In this document: one piece after another, positions 50,116 to 61,609 of the stretch
How the letters are laid out: each line of letters opens with the position of its first letter
How positions within the stretch are numbered: position 1 is the stretch's first letter
From: Antechinus flavipes
Lineage: Eukaryota
Direction: 5' to 3'
NCBI RefSeq assembly: GCF_016432865.1
Contig: NC_067403.1
Location: forward strand, 245,210,001-245,274,000
Length of the DNA stretch: 64,000 bases
Program-made: the position numbers and the translations under genes
Notes under the pieces: model-generated
What the model saw: the letters and a program-made list of their open reading frames with translations, nothing else
Database searches by the model: none
What the model was told of the DNA's origin: nothing

Positions 50116-51356
50116 ACAGCAAATGTGTTAAGATTAAAGAAAAAAAAATCAGTGTACTTATCAAAGTGGAATCAGCCATGATTTCAATGGACTAATATTG
50201 AGGAACATAGCTTCTTCTTTTTGAATAAATTTGGAAGTTCATAAGTGAAAAAATTTTGAATATTTATGTGCATTCAGTTCAAAATCAATAAAATTGCAAA
50301 ATGCATTTTCATTAACTTTAAGATGCTAAGAACCTAGTACCAAGTGTGGACAATAATTAATAATCATCAATATCTTGAGGAAATTCAGAGGCTCTCTCTT
50401 CTCCTGAATTCCTCATTTTTAAAAAGATCATTTTTTTCCTTCAAAAGGATATTGTTGATAATTAGATTACATGGACTCTAATGAAGCTTGATCATATACC
50501 ACACAATACTGCAAGGAACTTGATATGAGGTAGAGAAACCTATTGTATTATTGTCAAGGTTGATAGAGACAGATTCTTTTGTCTAGACAGTCCAAGATTT
50601 GGAGTGATCTGATGTTCAGAAATTTTCTTTGAATGGGAGTGACCTTAGCAGGGTGTGCAATCAGTCTCTATTGCATTAATCTTTAAACTGGAGTCCATCG
50701 CCATTTTTGTCTTTGTCTTAAGAAAGATGGGTAAATAACCATCCTTTCATGAATAGCATGCTGTGCTTATTTTTTAAAGTGATTAAATTACCCAGAAAGC
50801 ATGTCTGTCATTTATGTATATACATACACACACACACACATATATGTATATATATATATATGTGTATATATGTGTGTGTGTGTCTCACAAAGGGTAGGAT
50901 TGATTTCTGCTTAGTGATTACAAAAGAAATTACACAATGAGAGATAAATAAATAAAATAGACCTTAAAATAGACAAATTTACAAAACAGAAATATTCAAT
51001 ATGATATAGAATTTTGTTCTTAACTTAAACTGAGGATTTTAAGGATAATTTTATCTTAGAATGATGGTCTTAGACCTTGATTAGAATCCTTGATTTAGAA
51101 TACAGAGTTAATCCCTTATTAGTTGATTTGTTTTTTGTTTATCTTTACCTAATTATATAGAATATTAGAACTGAGACAGAAAATGAAATATTGGATGTTG
51201 GAGCTGATGATGAAAACCTGAAATGAAATCTAAGAGGGAAATGGCAGATCTTCAAATCCAATTCTTTCTATTTGAAGGAGGGAAACTGAGGACCAGAGAA
51301 GGAAAGTGATTGCTTCATTTTGAATTCATCATTTCCACAGGCAGAAGAAAGCTACA

Positions 51357-52280
51357 ATGGCAGAGGAAAATCTCACATACGTGAAGGAATTCATTCTTCT
51401 GGGATTTTCTGACCTTCCCAATCTCCAAGGGTTTCTATTTGGGATATTTTTTGTCATCTACATAAGTATACTGATAGGAAATGGCCTCCTCATTGTTATA
51501 ACCAAGACTGATCCAGCTCTCCATACCCCAATGTATTTTTTCCTGGGGAACTTTTCCTTTCTGGAAATCTGTTACACATCAGTCACTATGCCCAGAATGT
51601 TGGCAGATCTCTGGACCCAGAAGAGAACTATTTCATTACTGGCCTGTGCTGTACAAACTTGTTTCCTTTATATTTTTGGAGTGGCAGAGTGCTTTCTCCT
51701 GACTGTGATGGCTTATGACCGGTATGTGGCAATCACTAAGCCTCTCTATTATACTCTCATTATGAATCACAAAGTATGTGTCCAACTGGTTGTGACTTCC
51801 TGGCTGACTGGGGTCCCAGTCCTGATTGCTCAGACATACCGGATATTCTCTCTCAACTTCTGTGGCCCTAATAAAATCAATCACATTTTCTGTGATGCCC
51901 CACCCTTATTCCCATTGGCGTGTACAGACACATATAAGATAGAAGTCTCTGTCCATGTTGTGGCTCTACTCTTTGTTACAATTCCCTTTGTTTTGATACT
52001 TGCTTCCTATATCAAAATCATTACTACAATAATGAAATTGCCCTCTACCTCAGGGAGATCCAAAGCCTTCTCCACTTGTTCTTCTCACCTAATGGTTGTG
52101 TGCTTTTTTTATGGGTCTGGAAGTATTGTGTATTTGCAGCCAAAATCCAGTCAATCATCAAGATCCAGCAAAATGCTTGCTCTTTTCTACACCACTGTGA
52201 CCCCAATGTTTAACCCCCTTATTTACAGTCTGAGAAATAAGGATGTCATTGCTGCATTGAGAAAACTACTTCCTAAGTGA
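51357..52280 (+). CDS. OR10AG1-like: Olfactory receptor, family 10 (OR gene 6), 307 aa, intact
   Basis: Full OR motif set (MAYDRYVAITKPL); acceptor ttccacag| at 51339-51340. Confidence 0.95.
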   Translation: MAEENLTYVKEFILLGFSDLPNLQGFLFGIFFVIYISILIGNGLLIVITKTDPALHTPMYFFLGNFSFLEICYTSVTMPRMLADLWTQKRTISLLACAVQTCFLYIFGVAECFLLTVMAYDRYVAITKPLYYTLIMNHKVCVQLVVTSWLTGVPVLIAQTYRIFSLNFCGPNKINHIFCDAPPLFPLACTDTYKIEVSVHVVALLFVTIPFVLILASYIKIITTIMKLPSTSGRSKAFSTCSSHLMVVCFFYGSGSIVYLQPKSSQSSRSSKMLALFYTTVTPMFNPLIYSLRNKDVIAALRKLLPK

Positions 52281-52759
52281 ATTCACATATGGAGCAGTTA
52301 GTCATATTTAAATGGATTAGTATTCACTTCTGCCATATCTCTTATTAAAAAAAAAAAAAAAAAAAAAAAAAAGTTCCGTTTATTGTTTTCCATTGAAATA
52401 AAATGGCATTAAAATGCAAGACTGTCAAGAAATTCTATTTGAAAACAGAAAATGCCAGCCCAAAATTTCCATGTTCCTTAGTTCAATTTTGACTGAGATT
52501 AAATCCTTTATTGTATGTTAAATAATTACAATGATCAACTGATAATCTGAGTGCTATTTTATTGTGCTTTCTACTCTTTCCTGTAACAGGAAAGAAGAGA
52601 CATTTTTCTTAAAAATATTAATTTATTTGTGTGTGTGTGTGTGTGTTTAAGAAAAAGAAGGGAAGAAAGAGAGAAAGACAGAGAGACAGAGAGGGATAAC
52701 AAAAAAGAAACAGACTACCAGAGACAGAGACAGAGAGACAGAGAGATATTCATCCATAC

Positions 52760-54850
52760 AAGTAGGTAGGGGAAGCATCAGTTGAAGAAGGAGTACAAAA
52801 ACAGAGAAACTGTGTATTGGGCCTCAGATAGTGGAGAGCCCTGGGCGAGATATAAGACCCTTTAGTCCACTAAGGAATCCTGCTGACCAGTCTGGTTTGG
52901 CTGCTCATTTCCATTAAGGGAATCTTGGCCTTCCTGAAAAGTCAGGGGCCTGGCAATCTGTGTTGTAATTAAAGCCAAGTATACTAAAGAGGCAAGGAAA
53001 CATCTGCACACAATAGAAAATTATTTATGTGGTCCCTCGTGCTCAGTATCCTGTAATTATAGAAGTATATTATGTAAGCATAGGGTATACAAGGTTAAGG
53101 ATTTTTTGAATAAAGGGTGTCTTTCTTGACCATCCTCATGAGTTTTGCCTCATCACTCCTCACCCATAATCAGGACTTAGACTGGCACCAAAATCCTCCC
53201 ATGAGCAGGTCCAGACCTGTACAGTTGTTCAATGTGGGACACTCAAGAGCAAAGCACACAGTAGCTCAGCTGACCAGAACAGTGGGTGTTTGGGTGAGGA
53301 AACACAGATATCGGGAAATAGGGTAACTCTGAACAGCCAGTGGGAACATTGGGCAAGGGCTAAATTATTCCTTTTTGTTTTCCAGCCAAAATGGGGCAAG
53401 CACTTAGAAAAGAGCCTCCCCCTGGAGGGAGGTTTGAGAAATCCTTGGTTAGATTAATAAAAGAGCAAGGTTTGTTAGTGAATCAGATCTTATCAGTTCT
53501 TAGATACTGTGGAGTACATGTCTCCATAGCTCCCAAAGGAGGAAACATTTGAGCCAGAGAAGTGGGAGATAGTGGGAGAACTACTAACTTAATATTCCCA
53601 TACTATGGGTCTTGGCTCAATACCCAAGTACACATTTCTTATGTTCATTGTAATAAAATTGTCTTTGAGAGATCTCACATAGCATCCAAAAAAGAGGGAT
53701 TTTACTGTAGGGTGCCAAACAAACGAGGGTAAGGAAAATAAGCATAAAGAAGGTGCTGACAACTCTCAAGGCAGGTTGAACAAAGACAAAGATGGCCCTG
53801 GGAGGTTGGAGGGGTGTGGCACTTCCCATTTCTCATCCTGCCCTCACTTCCCTCCTTCATTCCCGCCCCTGCTCCCTTGCCCCTGGGTTATATCCCCACT
53901 TCTCCACTACTTTTTTATCCTCCTCCCTCAAATCCACCTATGTGGGATGGAGATGAAAGAATGGGAGGAGTGGTGACTCCATCAGCATCACCAGCAAGGC
54001 CATCTTGTCCTCCTCCTATGTCCTGATTACAGGAGGCACTGGTTCAGGCAAAGGAGGAGGGATGGGATATGTTTGAGTTGCGAATGGAAGCATGATTAAA
54101 GAACTGGACCCCAACAGGCATCAAGGTTAAATCAAGAGAAGACATACTCCTTTTAATCTGGAAGTTATGAAAGATCTGACAAAGGATTGTAATCTCTGTG
54201 AACCTGCATCATCTTATGTGAGGATATTGTTAAAAAAATTGGCTTATGAAATCCTAACTCCTAATGATTAGAAATCCATAACAAAAACAGCACAACCAGA
54301 TTAAAGCCTTATTTTTTACTGAGTTTTTGTGGCTAGAATCTTGTTAAAGGCCATTAAATGAGCAATAGAATTATGGGAGATAGGACCTCACAAGATGAAT
54401 TAGTGTATCCTGTGAAACCATCCCAAAGTAGCAAATTTTATTGGCCACAGATGCAAATTTCATACACGGGTCCCTTCTAGGGATAATTTGGGTATTACAT
54501 GACTGGCCATGGATTTTGAAGAAAAGGTTTCTAAAATTTTTCTTAAAGAACTGACCATCCTCCCTAGGGGCATCAGGAACTTCCTGAGAAACCAGGGGGC
54601 ATGACAACCTGTATTATACTTGAAGCAGAGTTACACTAAATGACAAGGAAATGTAGGAACACAATAGCAAGTCATTTATATGATCCCCCTTGCTCAACAT
54701 CCAATAATTATCAGATGTGTGGTGTCCTATAGTTATGTAAGTGTATTATGTAAGCATAGGGCATATAAGGCTGAGAATTTCTTCAATAATGGAATTCTGC
54801 TTGATCATCTTCATTAGTTTTGCTTCACAACTCTACCTCATCACTGCTAA
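52760..54850 (+). mobile_element. Degenerate beta-like ERV provirus: LTR-like repeats about 52760-53165 and 54560-54850 flanking a gag remnant
   Basis: Two diverged direct repeats with a gcatagggyatayaagg TATA region; ATG 53391 MGQALRK..., shifted frame FLDTVEYMSP*LPKEETFEPEKWEIVGELL (betaretroviral matrix-like). Confidence 0.7.
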
Positions 54851-55159
54851 CACTAAATTTGGAACACAAGGTTTTGCAAGACTCAATCTTGAAAAATTAT
54901 CCCTCCAAATGTTTTGTAAATAAAAAGCTTTAAAAATTAAAAATAAATAAAAAGCTTAAAAAAAAAAAAAGAAAGAAATGATGTTTGTTCTTTGAACATC
55001 CCTGGAATTAGCTCCTGAAAAAAATGGTCTTCTGGTTCAGTGACCAATCCTCTACATAAACCTTAATGAGGAAAAGGTGTATAGGAGAAAAACCCTGAGC
55101 TTTAAGTCTGGGATTTCTTGAATACATAATTATTTGAAGATCAATTCAAATCACAAAAT

Positions 55160-56290
55160 ATCTCTCTCTTTCTCTGACTCTATCTCTGTTTCTCTCTGTT
55201 TCTGTATGTCTCCTATTTCTCTCTGCCTCTCTTTGTTTCTGTCTCTATTTCTGTCTTTATCTCTCTGTCTCTCCCTCATTTGTAGTGTGAGTGCTGAAAA
55301 GGTAGGGACCATGTTCTTTTCCTTTATATACTACCAATATTCAGCTTTTTTTTCTTAAAAAAAAAAAAAAAACTACTGTGGTGACAGAAATGGTGACAGT
55401 GAAAAAGAAAGCTTAATTTGTTTGCTAAGGTAAAGAAGTTTAAAACTTAAAAAAAAATTTATATCCATTCATTATAGCACAAAAGGTTGTTTTGATTATT
55501 AACTTAATTATTTTAATTTAATTTTATTTTGTTTTAATCACTCTTCACTTACACTGATTCCTTATCGAAATAATTATTTTATGAATTTTGTCTTTATCTA
55601 GTATTTGCATTTTATAATGACAATTTCATATTAATTTTGTTATTTCTTTTATGCTACATGTTCTTATGATCACTCTTCTTTTCTCCTAAGCAGAGGCCTA
55701 AACAACTTAATGAATATGTAAAATAAGAATGATTCCCAAATAGAATTGCTACTTGACAATCAGAAAAAAGGAACTCTCCATTTATTTAAGATGCCCTCAT
55801 CTCAGATTTTTCATAGTGTTATTGACTTCCACTATTCCTAAAGAAAAAAAAAATCTGAAAATGCTTTTACCTACAAGATATATTTCTTATATTGTACTTC
55901 AAAATTATTTTATGAAATATGGGAAAAGGAGACCTTTTGTAGACTGTAGTCAGTCACATATCACATTATTCCAGAAATAAGTCTAGGTTAGGACCAGAAG
56001 ATCAAAATGAACTAATCATAGAATCAGCAGGTTTCACTCTAGTAGAAAATGAATGAAGGATCATATTAATGAGCAAGTGAAGGAAAAAGAACTGATTTAG
56101 AAGTTAGTATTTGGAAAACATTAAGCTGAATATTGATCCCAGCTTTTTCAGCACCCACACTACAAATGAAGGAGAGACAGAGAGATAAAGACAGAAATAG
56201 AGACAGAAACAAAGAGAGGCAGAGATAAACAAGAGACATACAGAAACAGAGAGAGACAGAGATAGAGTCAGAGAGAGAGAGAGAGAGAAA
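55160..56290. repeat. Inverted repeat, arms about 55160-55348 and 56123-56290
   Basis: ctctgactctatctctg...catttgtagtgtgagtgctgaaaa..caatattcagctt versus aagctgaatattg..tttcagcacccacactacaaatg...cagagatagagtcagag. Confidence 0.85.
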
Positions 56291-57134
56291 CAAAGACAGA
56301 AAGACAAGGAATTCAACTACTAATGTAATAGAAAGCCCTTAAATCTTAAGAGTACAGTAGCAGAGTGATGCAAAAGTATAGGAAACATTAGACTGCATTA
56401 GCAAGTTACATTGTAAAATATGAGTATGTTTTATTCCATCCTCCACTGTGCAATCTTAAGACCTAGATGATTTAAAGATATATAAGACCCACTGATACTC
56501 TATTTTTTTTTCAGAGAGATTAGTTGTTAATTGCTTGCCTATCCAACTAATATGAATATTCATGGTCTTTATTTAATATAGCTTCATAGGGACTATATGT
56601 ATAACAACATTGTCCTTTTAAGCAAATTGAGGGGGAAAAAAAGAGAGATAAGTTACTCAAGCACAAAAAAAAAAAAAAAGGGAAGAATAAGAATTGCTAT
56701 GATTCACTCCCTTGTTATCTGCTTCTTAATAGAGTATTACTAACACTGCTCTGCTATCTCAATGTATCCAGGAGGAATTAGTATATCTTCCTTAGATCTG
56801 GGGTGCATTATTTATGGTGGGGTGAACATAGCTAATACTACATTTTGCAGAAAGATGATAAAGAGAAGGAAATTTGCTTTGAAATGACAAGGGTACTTTC
56901 ATTTTTGTTAGTAGATTGAAGAATTGGGTAATGATTTTTTTAGGATAATAGTTACTGTGGCTGAAATATTCAATCCTTACTAATTGCAATTCTCACAAAA
57001 TGTACGTCTAAAAGCAAGGCAAAACACCACTTTACAGAAAGAATAATTCCTTTTGAGAGATGAATAGAGATTGTGTAATAGTTAAGTAAATTAAAAGTAC
57101 TGAAGGAATGATGAAATATGGCTTTATGGCTTAA

Positions 57135-57295
57135 AAACCCAGATTTTTCTCTGATGCAATTCTCTCTCATTAAGAAGTGCTCAATTTACTGGACTTTGAG
57201 CCAGTATATCTTCCATCTCATTAAAAGGTGATAAGTAGCATGGGAGAGGTGGTGTCCCCATAGAGCTAAGAAAAGCAAGAACCATTTCTATTTAT
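57135..57295 (+). promoter_or_regulatory. Putative OR promoter of gene 7
   Basis: TCATTAAG 57167, TCATTAAAA 57218-57226, TCCCCATAGA 57255-57264. Confidence 0.55.
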
Positions 57296-57646
57296 TAAGG
57301 TCAACGTGACTTTTATGAAAGGGTCGTTTTAAGTAGAGGAGTTGATTATTTTTGCAGGTATGGCTTTAGTTTGTGTGATATTGTAATTCTTGTGTGAGAA
57401 ATAGCATAGGAAATTATTGAACCAGCAGTCATAAGGACACTGGGTTCAAATCCTCATTTTGAAAATCATTGTGAATTTTAAGCAAGTCATTCAGATTGTC
57501 TGAATTTCAGTCTTCTAATCTGAAATCCTGTCATTGAGTTCTAAAGTGAGAGTTAAATAAAAAGACATTTCTTAACATCTTTATAAGCATTAAAGAAATC
57601 AATGGATTCCACTTATATGCTTATAATATTTTATTGTATTCTTCAG

Positions 57647-57687
57647 AGAAATAAGCAGCTGGATGTGATTAATTTCATCTGAGAATG
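57647..57687 (+). other. Putative 41-nt 5' exon of OR gene 7
   Basis: tattcttcag|AGAAATAAGC...GAGAATG|gtaagt. Confidence 0.6.
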
Positions 57688-59799
57688 GTAAGTGTTTTTG
57701 CTGTCAATCCTGGAGTTTCTCTTACTTGAAAGAAATGTATGGTTTGAACTCTCAGTGATCCATCTGGCAGGTCTGAATTTTATGATCCCACTCAAGGATA
57801 GAGATTAAGGAAACAGGATATCCAAGAAATGAAAAGTACTTTATATAGAATATCATCTCCCAACTTGCTATCCAAGGTATGGGAACATAACCCTTCATCA
57901 ATAGATGCAAAAATAGCCCAATAAATACATTTATGTGGTTTATTTATAATCCATTTTATATTTCCAGGGACAATTTATTTTTAAGCACAGCTATCTCCCC
58001 AAATACCCCAACCTCTTGATTTTTTTTTTGTAAAAAAGAGTTTTAAAATTTTCAAAAAAGCCATACACTAGAACAACAATACTGCAGCAATGATACAATA
58101 TTCCTCCAACTCTCATTTTTAAAGCAGGAAAGCAGCCTTTGTCATCTGTTCTTCAAGATCTAATTGTGTTCATGTTGTTAATCTCACCAGAGTTTCCTAT
58201 TACTGTTTTGTCAATTCACATTATTGTTAAATAGAATTTGATTCTCTTTTCTTCTCAGTTCATTACAAAGGCTTCTCAAATCTCTTTTATTTATGATAAT
58301 GTCATTTTTCTTAATATAATCTTTAATTAAAATCACATATCAATATATGTTGAATTATTCACTGATATTCATCAGTTTCCCATTCCAGGTTTAAATATTT
58401 GTTTTATTTCCACAAACAGTATTATAAAAATTTGGTATCTATAGGATCTTTCTGTTGCCACTGATATCCTTCCAGTATGTTACAGTAACTAACCTGCTGA
58501 TCCACAGAGAAAAAAATAGGCTAGTGTCTTTTTTGCATCATTTCAAATGTTTTTGTGTTTTTTTTTTTAATCTTGGCTCAATTATTTCTATTAACTCTAT
58601 CAAATCAACTCTACAAAAACAGTATCTTTGTTATTGCCTTTTTGATAGACCACCAACATTGACAAATTTTGAGGGGTTTTTTGCTTGCTTTAAAAAAAAA
58701 AAAACTAAACTATTTTACTAAGTATGATGTCAAAAAAGAAAATTGTATTAATTTTTATTTTTCTGTCAGATAAGTAATATTTATGAAAACTTTTGATATT
58801 ATTTGGTCCATTAACTATAGGGCATAAGTCTAATGGCTAGGGGCCATTAGGTGGCATAATTGTTGATATTGGGCCTGTAGTTGGAAAGATCCAACTTCAA
58901 ATTTGTCCTCAAAAAAGAGTATCTGTGGGACTCTGAGTATAACAGAGAATGTCTGTTTCCTTCTATTTCTCCATCTAGAAAATGAGCAAAGCAATAGCAC
59001 CTATATTTCAGACTTCTTTTGAGGTACAAGTGAATGATATGATTAAATGACTTAGCAATGGGCCTGGCAAATAGTAGATGCTCTAAAATACAAGAACCTG
59101 TTATAATTATTACTGCTATTTCTAATAATATTCTCTTTTTACCATGACGCATGCAAACAACAAAGTTAAGTGACATGCCCAAAGACATAGTGCTATTTAG
59201 TATCTGAGGCCAAATTTGAACTCAAAACTATGTCTTAAGGATTTCAGGCCCTAAACTCTATACCTTGTACCACCTACTTGTCCCCGCTTCATTTTGCTCA
59301 AATATAAAATGGCACACCATTTGAAATGCCCTCATTTACTTTGAGATATAGGTACTGTGAAAGTCAGATAGGGAAGAGAAGAGTATTTTCAAAATAGCAC
59401 TCTTTATTGAAAAACAAAGTACTTGAACCAAAATTGGACTCATTCATTGGAAAAAAAAATTGAGAGAGATAGAGCGACAGACAGAAAGACAGATAGAAAG
59501 AGATTTGTTAAAGTATTGTTACAAAACTGAAATTATATAGAGTAAATTTAAAATATGCATATTATGAAGGCAAAATGAGTCAACCATGTGATTATACATT
59601 ATTTCATGGGTATTAAAGCACAGTATGTAAATGCTTGGTAACTATTACTGTACTTGCACATTCTGATTAAAACCAAAGTAACTAGAATTAGAAAAATGAT
59701 TGATAAAATGGAAAAAATAAATAAAAAATTAGAAACATTTTGCTAAATGATTTTACTTAAATGTTTTAGTATAAAGAAATGGGAATCTAAAGAGCTTTG

Positions 59800-60148
59800 T
59801 GTGAAGTCTGGTTTAGCTCCCTGGAGGCTTCAGAATTAGCTGGAGTCAGGAGAAGGAAAAGTCCTTAGTCTTTAGGGAGAGAGATAAAGGAGATTAACTG
59901 CCACACACTCTCCATCAACCAACCTCCCTTCTCCTCTTCCTCTTCCAAAGTGACTCTGACTTGTCTTACTCCACCCTCTTATCCCTCCTACGATTATCTG
60001 TATACAACAAAAGATCAGGCCAGCACAGAATAGTGAGAAGGGTCATTTTCCAAGCATATGCTAATAGAGTATTGCTTAATAGGTAATTAGCCTTAAGTGC
60101 TTGGTTGTCTGATTCCAGTGCACCTATTCAGAGTTTTAACCCTTTACA
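59800..60148 (-). mobile_element. Solo LTR (349 bp) with 6-bp TSD, unit-B-specific
   Basis: TG...CA termini; GCTTTG at 59794-59799 and 60149-60154; empty site in unit A at about 49840-49860. Orientation is from recall of the family and less certain. Confidence 0.9.
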
Positions 60149-60431
60149 GCTTTGGGTTTTTAACCTTCATACAAAATTGGGGCAACTATTTGGTATAGTA
60201 AATAAATCACTGGACTGATATATAAATTTGATAGTTCATAAGTGAAATATATATTAAATAATTATGTGCATTCAGTTCAAAATCAATAGCACTGCAAAAT
60301 GAATAGTCATTAACTTTAAGGTGCTAAGAAACAAGTACTAAAGTGAGCAATAGTTATTAATACTCAATATCTTGAGAAAAATCAGAAGCTCTCTCTTTTC
60401 CTGAATTCATCATTTTAAAAAGATCATTTTT

Positions 60432-60641
60432 CTTGTGATGAAGAGAGCCATTTACAACCAGAGAGAGGATTGTGGGAACTGAGTGTGCTTCACAACATAG
60501 CATTTTCACTCTTTCTGTTGTTGTTTGCTTGCAATTTGATTTCTTTCTCAGTTTTTTTTTTCCAGTTTAATTTGATTTTTCTTATGCAGCAAGATAATTG
60601 TATAATTATGTTTGCATATATTGGATCTTAAAAAATAAAAC
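60432..60641 (+). mobile_element. L1 3'UTR fragment with 15-bp TSD, unit-B-specific
   Basis: AAAAAGATCATTTTT at 60417-60431 and 60642-60656; single copy in unit A at about 50421. Confidence 0.9.
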
Positions 60642-61609
60642 AAAAAGATCATTTTTTGTTAAAAAAAAACATCACTTATAATTAGATTGCATAGAAATTA
60701 ATAGATCTTGATCACATCCCACACAACCTTGAAAGGAATGTAATGTGAAGCAGGGAAACCTATTGTATCATAGTCAAATTTGAAAGACACAGATCTTTTT
60801 CTCTAAATAGTTCAAGATTGGGATTCATATGCTGTCTAGAAATTTTCTATGTAAGGGGTGACATAAGCAATGGTGTACAATCAGTCTTTAGTGCAAGAGT
60901 TTTTAAACTGGAGCCATCTCCAGTTGTTGTCTTTAGTCTAGGAATGATTGGTTAATGACCATACTTTCATTAATAGCCTGCTGGACTTATTTTTTTTTTA
61001 ATTACTAAATTATCCAAAAAAGTATATCTGTTTTTTTTATAAATATTTCACAAATATAGATACATACTTGAATAGTTCATTAAGATTAAGTAGTAACCAT
61101 TTGTTAATTGACTAACATCTGATATAAATGCTATGAGAGAATAATTCAAACAAGGGTAAAATTGTTTTTTGCCTAGTGATTACAGGAGAAGACTACACAG
61201 TGAGTGGTATGGAAATAAGAAAGATCTTAAAATAGGCAAATCACAAAACAGTAATGTCCAATATGATGTACAATTTTGTTCTTACTTAAATTGAGGGTTT
61301 TAAGAACATTTTTTTTTAACAATCATAGTCATAGAAGATGATTAGAGTCCCTGGTGTAGGACTTAATCCCTTATTAGTTGATTTTTTTTTCCCCCAATTA
61401 TATAGAATGTTAGAATTTGGGCAGAAATTGAAAGAACATAACTTTGGATGTTGGAGCTGGTGATGAAAACATGAAATTAAATCTAGGAGGAAAATGGCAG
61501 ATCTTCAAATCCAACTATTCCTGTTTGGATGAAGGAAACTGAGGACCAGGGGGAAAAAGTGATTGCTGCATTTTGAATTCATCATTTTCACAGGCAGAAG
61601 AAAGACACA

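Noticed and set aside
52347-52372. A26 tract after gene 6 as a retrocopy tail
   Set aside because: Unit B has a short A-run at the same place and no TSD is present; it is homopolymer expansion.
53183-53200. PBS of the old provirus (TGGCACCAAAA..)
   Set aside because: Only a partial match to Lys-type PBS starts; too degenerate to assign a primer tRNA.
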